Assembly (NCBI GenBank): GCA_036172245.1
Contig: JAYWIR010000011.1
Span: 3,658,001 to 3,722,000, forward strand
DNA from: Raillietiella orientalis
Taxonomy: Eukaryota
Direction: 5' to 3'
Length of the DNA stretch: 64,000 nt
Shown here: positions 1 through 13,346 of the stretch, in pieces
Position numbering within the stretch: position 1 is the first letter of the stretch
Layout of the letters: each line of letters opens with the position of its first letter
The notes under the pieces: model-generated
What the model was told of the DNA's origin: nothing
Databases searched by the model: none
What the model saw: only the letters and a program-made list of their open reading frames with translations
Made by a program: the position numbers and the translations under genes

Positions 1-1720
1 TGCTACATTAGGCCGATGTAATCAATAAGCTTATCTTTTGGAAACGTTTTCGAAAGCAAAATGCATGTTAAATGGCATCGGCAGCTAAGTGTCCTCGGTT
101 CATGCTTTGGAAGGTTGCTTATTAAGGAGGACTGCTTCAAAACTATCAGCAGAAAAATGCAGTCAAGGTGTCTGCATAAGAATGGCACAGTCCTTGGGCA
201 TGAAAAAAAAATCTTTCCAGAATTTCGAACCTGAAGCTTGGTTTAAAAAACCTCGAAGAGAAACGAAATTTGGCTTCAATAAACCTCCAATAGGCCGTTG
301 ACTTTTCGATTTCCCTCGCAGCATTTCGCAAGGCGATTCTGCTGCTGAGTTTCCGTGATCTTCCGAGATCGGATCACGGTTCCCAGGCATTCACCGATTC
401 GTAACACGGCGACTCGGAATGCAGTTTCACCAAAACCTCCAATTCTTTTCCACATCTTTGGCATTTTTAGTCATTCTTAGTGTGTCACATATGCACATCA
501 GTTTTTTGGTTCGTATTGAGCGCTGTGTGCAGCACTTTCTTTGCTACCGACATTGTGGCGAGCATCGCTTTATAGTGAAAACCACCTTTGGTGGACTTCC
601 TCCGTCACGAACGTTGAAATCTTCACCAGTCTGATGCCAATTTATTATTCTGATACATTGATCCTGAACAGCGCTTCAGGGCATGGGATGATTCGATATA
701 AGATTATCAAACGGAAATGCACGGTTTGTCCCTCATGGCTTTCCTTTGTTAATGCCCTACTGCTTTTACTTGCTGCACTGCAGCATTACAAAAAGACCTG
801 TTTATTTATTTTATTTCATTTTCCCTTGGTTCCAATTGCTTTGTTCCTACAAAATCATTTGACCTGTTTGCGTTTGTTCTACAATTTTTTTAAATCCCCC
901 CCTCCCTCATTTGCTGCGACTGTTATCGGATGCAGAGCCAATCCTCCGGGGACTGATTCTAACCGAAGACTCCAGAGATTAGCGCCACATGTAGGAGACA
1001 AAATTTCATTTTTATTTTTTTCACGGCCCAAGGCGTCTTCAAAATTAAAACCTCTGCATCTTAGTTCTTGACACAAATGGTTATTAAATTTCCGAATAAA
1101 CCCAACGGTAGAGTGAACTTGTCCTTTAAAGGTACTTCGTGCACGCGGGTACGACGAACTCATCAGAGGGTTTTCGAAATGAACCTGTGGCTTAGAAGAC
1201 TCTTTTCAAAGGGATAACACCCAAAAGAAAGGAAAAAAAAAAAATGCAAAACCGCGTGCCATTCTTTTGTTGCACCAAACGAAATCAGCGATACCAAAAA
1301 AGCCTCTGTCCAGTGCCAGAAAACGTGACGAGGGACAAAGGTGCTAGCTTTTGAACCGCGTTTTGATGTACATTACATCCGCTTACGGTTATCATCAGAA
1401 ACGTTCCCACTGACAAACTGCGAAACCTCAACGGTCTTCAAGGAGGAAACAAAGTCACCTTAGCACAACTGCCTACAAGCGTTCTTTCTGGCGCACCGCG
1501 TTTTGCAGCCCGCTTTTACACAGGGAGCTGGCAGAGCACTTGCTGACGTTCCAGACGGCCCTCAATCCAAAGTTTCTTTGTCAAATTAGCTTGGCAATTT
1601 TGCAGCGGTGGCTCTCGAACGCGCAATTAACTGATGCAGTTAGGACACCTGAAAGAGTTGCTTGGGGGATGGAACATTCCCTATGTAATTACACTTGCAA
1701 CGTACTGGATCACAAAAACG

Positions 1721-1722
<2 letters not shown>

Positions 1723-1745
<23 letters not shown>
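1723..1745. repeat. A23 homopolymer
   Basis: 23 consecutive A. Confidence 0.9.
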
Positions 1746-1751
<6 letters not shown>

Positions 1752-2036
1752 ATACATACTGTCAAAATCTTACATTTCCAATAAATAACAGGTTTCGGCA
1801 AAATATGAACTGCAAATTTGAAAATTGCCTTTTTTATTTCCAGATAATGCTGTTGCTTAAACATGTTTTTAACACAAGTTGTGAATGCACATGACTCTGC
1901 GACATTTTTCCAGCAAGAAAAACTTTGCCTAACTCAGCAATTAAGTAGTTGTTTAACCTTCAAATACGCAGGATTGTATAACAAACTGAAACAACATGAT
2001 GCCAAATGTAATAATTATCACAGCACATTTGGTTAA

Positions 2037-2042
2037 TTTATT
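2037..2042 (-). promoter_or_regulatory. Candidate DCAF10 polyadenylation signal AATAAA
   Basis: AATAAA on the minus strand about 85 nt after the stop codon. Confidence 0.45.
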
Positions 2043-2125
2043 ACTGTCAGGGTGTGTATGGGAGCTAACAGCACAAATGTGACTTTTACTGTTAGCCCTT
2101 GGATAATTTTTGCTTTTTTTCAAGT

Positions 2126-3992
2126 TTATAGCACTGGGTCATGCCACACAATTTTACCACTTAGGCATCCTGAAACCAACAAATGATGAGTGGGGGAAAA
2201 TTTGGTACTAACTACTACACTCTTATGAGAAATGTTTGTTGCAATTTCATAAAGTTTAATAGGTTTTTCAGGTGTACAGCAGCTTAAATCAGCACATTCT
2301 GGATCAAATGCTAGTAATCGCACACCATAACCATAAGGTGAGCAGATCAGCCTGCCATCAGGACTAAAACTCTGCTCTTTGATGAAGCCTCTACCCACAT
2401 TTGGTTCTTCCACATAATGCAACAGTCGTGGCTGACTATCATGGATTTTCTGATTGGGAGAGGCTACAGTAGCAGCACTAGGAGGAAAACTTGGGGTACT
2501 TATAAACAAGTATGTGCGATGGGATCTTGAAGGGGTCTCTTGAAAGGAAGTGGACATGTTAGATGGGGAAGAATTTGAAGAAGAGGACACTGTTTCTGCA
2601 GTTCTGTCTGCGGAATTATCTTGGGATACAGATGCCCTTTCAGTATTTCGTCTCATTTCAATACGCCTCATTTGAATCATGTGCAAGGCTTCCAGATATG
2701 AAGGATGGATGAAACGGAATTCTTGAATAGCATCAGATTGCTGTATTCCATTACTGATAAGTGTGATGTGCCAGAATGGTTGCTGAGATTCTGATGAAAG
2801 AGAAGCTGGAGCAGGTTCAGGATTTGTGAATGCTTCCTTCTCCTTTGGAACAAAATCTGCTTTCTCTTTATCTATATCCTGAATATCATGTACACAGCTC
2901 CACTGGATAAAAAATAACACACTGGAGAAAACATGGTAATCACAAGGAGTTACCTCTGAGAGTTCATCGGTGCTTGTATTCCTGCTCAGAACACACCATC
3001 CTTGCGGATGCACCTGTAAGGAAGATATAACTTCTGCTACATTACTTGAGGGAAAATCTGCCACCAATTCTACTCTGTTTCGGCGAGCTGTGAAAAGATG
3101 TGAAAAATTGGCAGCTAGTGGCATGGCTGTTTGGCTAAGCTGCATCAAACGATATAAATTCGGTTTAAATCCAGAGAGGTCAGATGAGAGAGTAGTTAAA
3201 TCTAAGTCATGAATGACGAGCAAATAACCACCAGTAGTGCCAATAACCAATTTGTCTTCTGCTGGCACAAGACGAGTTCTCATAAGACCATTAGTGTGAA
3301 ACACTCGATTGTGCACCAATCCTTCTTCTGTATAACTACAGCAACAAACATTATGTTTGCAATTCCTTTCTTCAGTTACCTATTGATATCCCAGGTGTAG
3401 ATACTACCATCAAATCCGGATGTTACTAACAGACCCGCACCTCTTGCATATTCAATGTTCTTCACCCAGTTGGAATGCCCTTTGAGTGTGCGGATTTTGT
3501 ATTTAAGATTACGAATGTCCCAAAGGGCAATAGTGGTGTCATCACTACATGTACAAAACATACGTGTATCCAGAAACCTACATAATGCTGTTGGTGCCAT
3601 GGGAAATAGAGAACAATTATCCACCTGATGCAATTGACACAATCTGTGTGAGCATTATGAAGTCCAGAGATCTTGGTACGTGTCAATGGATCAAACAAAA
3701 GTGCACACTTTTGTTCACATGCAGCCACCATGACGGAACTTCATGGTAAAACTTCATTTGCATAAATTCTATTTACAATAACTCACCCATCTGGAGAAAA
3801 TTCAAAATTAAAAATCCCTCCATATGTTGTTTCTGTTTCATAAAGAGAAGGAAGGTCGGACTTTGGCATAAGAGATGCATAAGTGCGATGTAATAAACTA
3901 TTCTGCAAACCAAGTGGAAAACGTAACCCAATTTCCCGGTGAAAGAGGAATCTGTTGGGGATGGTGCTATTCTTGCAGCACACTTGGGTCAT
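2126..3992 (-). CDS. DCAF10: DDB1- and CUL4-associated factor 10 (WD40 repeat protein WDR32); exons 3992-3787, 3738-3625, 3577-3380, 3335-2954, 2902-2126 (558 aa)
   Basis: The spliced frame gives FNFEFSPDGSVMVAACEQK, AHTDCVNCIRFLDTRMFCTCSDDTTIALWDIR, GHSNWVKNIEY, TSGFDGSIYTWDIN, GFIKEQSFSPDGRLICSPYGYGVRLL and KFSPTHHLLVSGCLSGKI, matching DCAF10 as I recall it. All four introns are GT..AG and keep frame (exon total 1677 nt). The start could instead be the ATG at 4172 via a fifth intron, 4169-3996. Confidence 0.93.
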
Positions 3993-5822
3993 TTCCTGAA
4001 CATCAACAAAAAATATGTGGTAACATAACTTTATCTGCAAATGCATTATCATTAAAAACATATGTATATTTTTTAAATTGAAATTAAAATGAACAGTTGA
4101 TTTAAATCCCAACTTTATGCAGGAACCTATTCCAGATTTCTCCTTTCTGCAATTAAAACACCTACATACCATGGCAACAGATTAAACTCAAATTCTACAC
4201 AACTTGACTAAAACACTGCCATTAATAATAACATCAAAACATTGTTGCTTTTAAATACCTAGTATGCCACAATAGTAATTCGTGGCAAATAAACAAAGAA
4301 TATGCTAATGCTACTCATGACAATGATTTATGTCCTTTTCTTGATGACTGTGCTCAAGTGCCGTTAACAAGACAGTTAGATAATACCTAAAGATTCAAAT
4401 GTATTAAAAAACTTGATTTCTACATGAGAGGGCAGGTAGCAGACAATGGCCGGCAATTGATCTCACATGTAGAAATACAAAAATTATGTTGCAGTGAGCA
4501 ATATTAACATTATGGCAATACCCAAAAAGCTGAAAACAAAAATACCATTATGAAGAAGGCTTTTTTCTCCTAGGCAAAATTTGCTTTTTTCTTTTTTTTA
4601 ATGCACCTTGCAGGGATTTGCAAAACTACTCATGTGTGATAATGGATTTTCTTGGAACAGATGATACAAGAATACAAATTAAGAAAGCGCAATTTAAGTT
4701 GAAATTGATATGAAGTTAGTGAGTTCTCGAATTTGGAAAGCTAATGAAATGAAAACTTCCTACTGTTATCGAATAGCAGTGAATCAATACTATTTATTGC
4801 AAAATACATTACTGGGGTAACCGAAATAGAACCACAACTACTACACTTTATCCTTTCAAAAAACCGAATTTTATTATGATGTCATAGTTTTTTTCCATTC
4901 TACCTTCATTCAGAAATAGAGAAAAAACCCGTGGCAATCTGGCAAATTGTGTTTCAAAGGAAAACCCACATATGATAAAAAGCAACAAACAATTATCCCC
5001 ATATAACAACGAAACATATTCACGATATTAAATGAGCATATACAAGATTTCCATTTCAGTTCTAACTATCACCCTCGTTGTGACAAGTGGAATGCCCTTG
5101 CTAAAATGTAAGTCACCAATGCTTTCATTACATGAAAGGGCAAAAACTGTTGTAACGTTTCAAATTCGATGAGTGATTACAGCGACCACAGACACATCCC
5201 TGAATGAAATTATCTCAAAAAAATCCGGTGAACTGCTTTCTAAACCAAGGGGGAGAGGTGGGGGGGGGGGAGGGAAGGAAAAAAAAAAAAAAATTGAATC
5301 GCTTGCTTATTGAATTGAAACAGTTAACTTCCACATTACGAAAAACGTCCTGGTGGGGAGTTGCTACGTAACTTGGAATGATTCACGACCAAACAATTTC
5401 CATGGAAGTACACATTTTTAACGAAAACGAGTCACTTTCCAGAATTCCAAAGTGCCGATCTCGAAGCTTTGTCCGGGAGATGGAGATGGGGGGAAGGGGA
5501 GGAAAGGGGAAAAACAAAAAAAAAAAAAAAAAAGAACACCCCCAGAAATTACATCAGCATTTGCAACAGCATTTCCCTTCCAAAGGCGACACTTTCGAAA
5601 AAAACCCAGACGTGAACATTCGCGTGATACTCACTTCCAAAGGAACGGCCAAATGCAATTCCGAGTTTGTTCAAATAACCTGAGGTGCACTCATTGCTTG
5701 AATTTGATATCCAGGGACTCGGGTGGTGATCGGGAACCGGGAGAGAAAATTTCCTCTCTCATGCTCGTGCCCGAGTCGGGCTGGCCGTGTTCCGTGCACG
5801 TCGAGAAGCAGAAATTCCGCTG

Positions 5823-5889
5823 CGTTGAACACTGAGAACGGCCGACAACGCTGACGGAAGCTTTCGGCTGCATTCTCAGTGTCCAAACG
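5823..5889. other. Imperfect ~67-nt stem-loop
   Basis: acactgagaa (5829-5838) pairs with ttctcagtgt (5873-5882); inner ggccga/tcggct and outer cgttg/caaacg extend the stem. Confidence 0.6.
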
Positions 5890-5899
5890 TCCCGAGCCT

Positions 5900-6600
5900 T
5901 TCTTTGCCCCCCCCCCTCGCCCCCTCTTCCTTCCGGGGCGAGGAACCGGATGCTGCCCCGATGGAAGAGGGATCGGTGAAAACAAATAAGTGAAAAACAA
6001 CAAAAAAACAATCAAGGGTGGGAGTGGGCAGCAACAGCACATCAGCCGACCCATTTTTTTCGGTCCCCCCCCCCCTCCCTTCCCTCCCTCCCTCCTCCTC
6101 CTCTCCCGATATGCTTGCGAGTGGTGATTTATCCTTCCCGACACAGACTGTGCATCATCTGTGCATCCCTCGTATTTGCGAGAACAAAGATGAAGAAGGT
6201 GTTTGTCTCCTTGGCGATTCTCTCCAAGAACCGCACGAAACGTCTCGCAGGGCACATCTGATCCCCTCGGCAGGAGCAAAACAAGGCCAGGCGTCGCACC
6301 AGTGCACGTTGCCTGGAAGGGGAACCGCTCGCTCTTGGGCAGTGCCAGGAAGCGTGCAGCTTCTGCTGCATCCTTCTTCATCGCGGGATGGGTGGTCCAT
6401 CAGCAGAGGAACCACCGATCCGCGTCTAGCCGGACGTCGGTGGACGAACCACGTGCAGCGCATGCACGTGAAAGTTTGTTTCTCATCCCACGGATTGCAC
6501 CACAAATCGTCGTCCTTTCCCCCCCCGAGTTCCTTGCGGTTTTCCTGGCGAAAATGGCGAGGGCCATGGGATCAGTTCACTCCGGAGAACAACACGCCTC
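5900..6600 (-). mobile_element. Diverged 3' fragment of an L1/Tx1-like (family A-related) element
   Basis: TCMRC..SVVPLLMDHP and ATPGLVLLLPRGSDV..GENRQGD resemble TPAAFPAALCCPRGGTV..GGENDRDD at 57.7 kb; followed by a pyrimidine/T-rich 3' UTR. Confidence 0.5.
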
Positions 6601-9600
6601 CCGCAGTTTCACCGGAAAACACGGCTTTTCGATCGGAAATTCCACAGGCGTTTTCATAGGGGGAGGGCATGCCAAAGTTGGAAAATCTCCCCTCCATCGT
6701 TTCTCGTGAGTGCTTATAATTTTCGCTCTTGAAAAGCGGCAGCGATTCGGGACGAAAGACTTCTGGAAACTTCGCGTTTTCCGGAGGGTTCCTTTATTTT
6801 TACTTTTTCCCCTGAACTGGGCTCACATGTGAAATAAGTGAATCATAACAGGATTTCCCACGTTTCGAAATCGTTTACCAGCTACCGAGAAATTCACAAA
6901 CCTTCTCTTAAGACGCAGGAGACAGTGTACAACTGCCTCCCCTCGGTTTCACCTATATCATTTGTTATGAACTGTAAAGTGTTGCTTTGACACCTCGACG
7001 TGTTTATGCTTACCCAGCAAATAAATAAAAGCGGCAGCAAGCATCATCATCGCATGTCATTGCTTCAGCAGGCATGCGTGTTACATAAGAGCTCAGCATA
7101 TGCACACATCGTATGTGGACATCACATGCATCACGTGGTTTCCACGCTAATTTAAGCTTCACTTTGAATCATCCCCATCCTCTCTCGTACGCCAGCATTT
7201 GCAACCTATGCAACTCCATCGACTTCTGACCCTTACAAACGCATATGCAATTTACACAATGTACGAAAAGAATTCGATAAACTTGAACACAGCCAAAACA
7301 ATCACCTCTTCTCAAATGTGCATATTAAAGAAGATCGGGACGTAAGACTTCAAGAAGGTTACCGTGCTTGTGTGTACAAAGTGACAAGTTGCTTTTGATG
7401 GCTTAATCGTGTTGTCTGGCACCCCCTGTTTTCAGCTTCCACGTTGCTGGAAGCTGCGTGCCAATAAAGATGGATTTGTTTCGGAGAGTGGGACACTTCA
7501 ACTAGGAACTTCACAGCGAACTCTCGTTCGAACGTTCCTGTTTGTCTAACCATGTGTCATCTTGTCTGGCAGCTGCAACCACAAATATTTGGGAAGTCCC
7601 ATTCGAATCGATCTTACTGATCTCGCGATTCGAAACCCTGATTTCCGGAATTCATTCTGCTAATCCAGAAACAGTTCTGAGGCCCGGGGAAAAGGAGTCC
7701 TAAGGGCTCATGGAACGAGAATTATTGCCGAGAAGGAATGCAAAGAGATTCATTAACTCGGGGCTCAGCGTTTATGCATCTACATTTTAATTTGAAATTT
7801 CAGCGAGGTGATTAGTTTATGGTCATCTCACATTAGTAAGTCAATCTAATGGATGCAGTGATTCTATGAATTCATTGAATGAACGATCGCTGAATCATAT
7901 TATTCGGTAATCATTTTTCAATCAGTTCATTTTTCGATGAATCGATTCAGTGGGAAGGAAACCAAATGGCTGCGAAAAGGCAAAAGCTTTTCTTGCTGGA
8001 TTTCCTCAAATCCCTCACATCATGAATCCAGATACCAGCCTGGCGCACAATGTTTTCTAGAAGGGAATGGCAGGAGTGTGTGACACATGTAAAACAAAAC
8101 AAAAAAATTATGTGTTGGGTGCTGAGACACCTAGGAGAACTGAAACTGATGTTTCACAAGTAAATTTGTAACCATCATCAGTGAATCTACAATCATTTGA
8201 GGACTGTTTCGAGGATAGTAGAGTGTTCAGTGAACATGGTGGCACATGTCCAAGCAAAGCAATCTGTTGCTTCAGAATGATAGGGGGAATAATAAATACT
8301 TTGGTTCCTCAGCTTTTCGAATGACTATTCATCCAAAGTACAACAAATCAAGTACTATAGCTGGAATGGGTTTTCATCGGGAAAGTAATGCTGGAAGTGA
8401 GAATGCATTTTCTATTTAATGTAAACCATGGTACTTGAAGGAATTCAAGTAAACGAAGCCGACTGATTCCAAAACGGATGATGAATGATAACTCAACTCC
8501 ATTTCATTATGGACTCTCCTGGTTGAACAGTTCCATTGCCAAATAGAAGTTTCTCAAGAGTTCATAAAAAGAATTTCCTCTGCGAAGACTGCTGCTTATT
8601 TTTGTACATAACAATATTTTACATGTGAACTCAAGGAATCCACCGTTCAAAGGGGCAATAAAACTGACCCGTTTGCAGGATGGAAACTCTAAGAACTTCA
8701 AGACGGAAAATTTGTTCTCAAAAACATGAAAGCATGACCGCAGGGCAGCCTTGGAATAACATGCTTCAGCGTGTGTGCATTTCGTCTGCGTCCCGAGTGT
8801 TCGGTCATGCATCGACTAAATGGAATGCATGGATCTGGAAGCTGCTGATTCTACAGTGTTTGGAAGTTGCACTTTCCCTTTGCACCTTTGCCTGCATCTT
8901 GTGTGCAGAAACAGGAATCCCTGTGTCTCGATCGGGGTCATAAAAAAGCCAATTTTATACTGATACTGAAGAACGATCACGCTTGATCTATTTGATCATA
9001 CGTGAGTCATCTGTTTGCTTGATTTATTTATTTGATTCCATTCCTGATGATAAAATGCTTTACATTTGCTTGGAAAGCATAGACGCTGTCGCAAAGGGAA
9101 AGGCAGGTAACTTTCTTTTTCATGGGATTCAGCTGCTGCTTGCCTTCGAAAAGCGCACTCGCTATGCTGCCTCTGTGCTTTGGGGAATGCCCAGTCGTTC
9201 CTCCGAATGTCGAAGATCGCAAGAGAGGACACAAAGCGACAGATGGGCGAGGTGATGATCGAGAATGTCTGGGATCAGACCGTACACCTTATGTGGCTAT
9301 ACCTTCGTGTCAGTTCGTACGTCCTGGCATTTTCACACGAATCCGCTGCAGCGTCTCGAAGAGTCAGCAATGACTCCGCCCATTGCGATGTCTGTTTCCC
9401 TTCTTTCTGTTGTAAGTTGTTTTCGCAAGTTTGGGCGCTTTGCTCTCTGAAGAAACGAAATAATCTTGGGAAACGGTACGATAGCAGTCACACATAAGTA
9501 CGTGAACAAAGTTCTCCACGCCTACATGTGAAGCAAATGCTTTCTCGCAAACACTTTCATGATTAGCATAAGTTGGGAAACTTAGCATAAGGTAGAGAGA

Positions 9601-9749
9601 TGTTGCGTCGCCTCACGCGAGTCACACACATACACGTGTGGGCATATGGCGTGATCCATGCTAATGGATTCGGCTTAAAAGGGACCAATCAGACTGACCT
9701 CGCAAAAGTCATCTAGTCAATCCCTTTTCTTTGGGGCAGAGAGACGGTA

Positions 9750-12700
9750 GAGGAATTTTGCGTACCAGGATTCCCTAGACTACGGGGGAACATCGCAGAG
9801 TTTATGCTTCTTGGCGGCTTTCAAAGAACTTCACGTGTGGGGTCTGCTGTGGAGCGGAACGAACTTTACCAAATCTCACACGCAATTAATAAAAGATGAA
9901 AGAGAATCTTCTGGCCAGCAGTAATGATCGAGCAGGAGTCTGAGGAGAGCATCGGTTCACGCTGTTAGACGGGACAGCCAAGTCCATGTGAAAAGCGGGA
10001 GGTGGAAAAATTCCCTGAGGGATTAAGCACATACTGAATTAAGATGCAACCGTCCGAATCATCGTGGTTCCTCCACGAGCTTCTTTTGGTTTACTACGGG
10101 AACTCTGCTCTAAAATGTTCCTTTAAAAGCATATCACAAACTGCTCCAAATGCTCTAAGCTTGCGATTTCACTACGGAAACCGACGGCCACCTTCTGCCG
10201 ACGGCCACCCTCCATTGGAAGCTCGAAGACGAATGTGCTGAAGACATCTCTAGAATGCACATGCAAACGCCGTTGCTCCCTCAGGAGCTCCACTGTTTTC
10301 CACTTTTTCGCATCTCAGAAGTAGGCGCTTGCTGCGGACAAAGCCAAAGGTGGTTCGCTCCTGAGTGGACTTTGGAGGAACTCATTCATTGGAGATATGG
10401 TCATCATCCTGAGGCGCTCGGATTGGAGTTTTCGAAATCTCTATTCCCTCCGACGGGATATAGAAAATGGATCTTTTGTAGATCTTCCAGTGGGAAGGAG
10501 AGGAATGACTTTATTCGGACTAGTCCTCCGTGCGAAAGTAGCCTTGCCGAAATAAAATGCATTTTCCTGATGGGACGCAAACGAACCTCCCTTTTTGCAG
10601 TAACGGGACGACCCCCACGTTTTTTTTTTTCACATTCGCTTTCGATGAATTCGTTCATCTCGGGGCTTCTTTTCGGTGGCATCTGCGGCTCGAGTGATCT
10701 CCATTTTCAGATGGACCTCCATCGGGTGCTACTGTGCATTTCCTCCCCTCGTGCACCAAGGGGCCGTCCCCAATTCATGACTCTTGATGTAGATCCGCCT
10801 CTCCAGTCAAAAGCTTAACCCATCGCCATGGTAGATGGCCGTTCCTGAGGTGAACGGAATTGAAAGCTGTAGTGTTCGTGGGAGAGATGGCACTGGGATG
10901 TGGCTGCTCTTGGCCTTCCCTTGCAGCAGCAGCGGTGGCGGTCCCCACCATCTGGACTCCGAGTAGGTCATTCTGCAAGCCTCATTCAGTAGGACACGTA
11001 CACCTGCTGGAATGTCGCTTTATTAAGGATCCCCTCCCATCAGAGTAAAGGTGAAGGGCAGCACGAAACTTGTCGGAGTTGCTTCTGCCAATGAGAATGG
11101 AAATGAGTGGATGCTTCACTTGACCGGGCAAGGAACGAACCAAGGAGCCTCTAATCCAAATGTGCAAGAGAAGCCTTGCAGAATTAATTAAGAGACAACG
11201 TATGTATTACCCCCAAAATAAATGCTGCAACTGCAGCAAAAAGAAACACAGTATATCGGCCTCAGCGACTCCTCATCACCTCCCCACCCTCTTTGTAAAA
11301 TTCCCAGGTTGCGCGCCATCAGCTGAAGCCTCAGGGCTCGAAGTGAAATTCATCCACGCCCTTCACTTGCCGAATCGGATCAGAGGAACACCGTGAGCTG
11401 CATAACACTCCACCATGCATCCGTGGGCTTTCTAATCCTTTGGGAGAGGCCGTGATTCTGCGACTGACGATTGGTTCGCACTGGGGGTCGCCTCCGAATC
11501 GTTCCAAGACTCCAGCCCTCTGGGATTCACCGCAGTTTCCCTAAGGGAGCTCATTCCTCATATGACGTGCCATCATTCCCGTCACCTGATCCCAGGACTA
11601 ATCGCCAGGTGGTCGGATCTGCAGTCCCGATGTTGCGGAACCCATCCCTTGCGTACAAGAAAAGAAAACAGCTACTGAGGTGAGCAATCCGCGGTGGTCA
11701 GGTATTGCCACCTCATCCTCAACCCTTCAGGTTGACTGCTGACGTCACATGACCGACAAAGAATAAGCGAGAGTCTTTTGTAAATGCTCGAACTCAGAAG
11801 AGGAATAGATTCGTTTGAGAAGATCAAGTCCCTTCACATTGGGATGAAGCCATATCCTCGTTCAATGAGACCCAAGCAAGAACGATGCTGTATGGCTCTG
11901 ACCTCAAGCGCTACCAGCCTCGAAAGCTCTCCAGGCAGGTCCTGGAAGCTGGGGCCATTTGTATCTCCCGCGACATCCACCAGGAGCGCTCGCGTCACGC
12001 ACCCTACCCTGTTTCCATGCCAAGACAGTAAGCGCAACTAGAGTTCCATTCCGCCCTCCAGCTGGTTCCCCGGAACTTGCACCGGCAAAGCCAACTGATT
12101 GAGGCTCATCTAAGAAGCATCGGTGAATGACCTACTCAGCTTCCGACACGCGGCAAAGGATTTTTTGCTCGTCTATTGCTTTCAAGTTTGCCGTCTTGAG
12201 GAATAGTTCAGATGTTTCAAAAATCAGTGATCAGATAAATCCCTCAAAATCTTCCTTGAAGGAGGCCATGTAGGTGCGCCGATACCGTGTGGCTCTCGGC
12301 CGCTCTCACCAATCGGCGCAGCATCCTTCAGCCGCAAAAAAGCTTATCTCCTTTTCCTCGGTGCCAGCGGTATTCGAGAGCATCAGCTGCCCCCCGGCAG
12401 CTTGCCTACTAAAGGGAAAACAACCATGACAGTCCCTAGCAAGTGGGAGCTCGACGCTTTTTCTTCCGTGTCGGATGGAGCCATGGTATAGTCAGCCCAA
12501 TGCCGTCCAACAACTTTTAGGACGGGAACTGTCGTCTATGGATTTCTATTCCTACGTCTTTTCCTCATCTTACAGAGAGCAGAAGATGAGTGACGATGGA
12601 TAAGATCGTCATCACCATCGTCCTGCGGACGGGGCAGCGGGAGCGGACACCGCGAGAGGCATCTCTTCAGTGGAAGATGAATTGGTGGCGCGGACGTAGA

Positions 12701-12900
12701 GCACACGTCAGACCGCGTGCTGACACACAAGTGGAAAGCTCCGGAGACCGCGCCAGTGGTAGTTGCCATTGGGGTTGCTGCTGAGCGCGGAGCGGAGGAA
12801 GGCCAGAAGACGCCTCGGTCGCGCCAGCCCTCAAAGATGGGAGGATCTTTCATCCTTTATTGGAGTCCAAGGCAAGTTTGTCCAGGTGGTTGACCCGCCC
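9750..12900 (-). mobile_element. Decayed L1/Tx1-like non-LTR retrotransposon (APE and RT remnants)
   Basis: Minus-strand remnants SWHGN, RLVALEV, RSDHLAI (APE SDH, ~11.6 kb), TAFNSVH (RT KAFDSV-like, ~10.86 kb) and FHLLLIACEIW near 9.9 kb; many stops and frameshifts. Confidence 0.5.
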
Positions 12901-13298
12901 TGGTCCTACATTCGTTAAGCCGTCAGCCGTAAGCTCTTCCCGACGGAACCTCCAACCCGCGCGCCTTCCTCACTCCCACCGAGATAGGGCTACTCCAGAT
13001 TTTCAGCTGATCGGGAGAAGCACCATGAACGAGAAAGGGAACACTGGAAGGAGCTCGGTTGAAAGGATCGAACCGAGATGAAAAAGACACGCAGCTTCCC
13101 AGCAGCAGCAAAAATGACGAAGACATCGTGCGATGCCATCGCAGCTTTTTTTTCGGAGCTGCACTTTTCGAGATGATGCAGGAACAGGGACTGCTGTGAC
13201 TTTCTTCCCATCCGCAAATATCACAGCCCGTTTCTGATTGTTTATTGATCTCCATGGAAGCACATGGCGATAGAACGTCTCCAAACTCTCTGCTTTGT

Positions 13299-13346
13299 AA
13301 TTGCTTTTGCTGCAGGGAGATGGAATTCCCTGCAGCAAAAGCAATT
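13299..13346. repeat. Perfect 20-bp inverted repeat with an 8-nt spacer
   Basis: aattgcttttgctgcaggga-gatggaat-tccctgcagcaaaagcaatt. Confidence 0.95.

Noticed and set aside
541..1163. ORFs of 176 and 94 aa as a neighbouring gene
   Set aside because: No recognisable motif or supportable splice structure
2440..2830. Ser/Thr-rich insert in DCAF10 as a novelty
   Set aside because: A variable low-complexity linker in this part of DCAF10 is expected; no sign of a new domain
5378..6709. Overlapping 100-236 aa ORFs as a host gene
   Set aside because: Low-complexity homopolymer-driven frames, partly explained by a retroelement fragment
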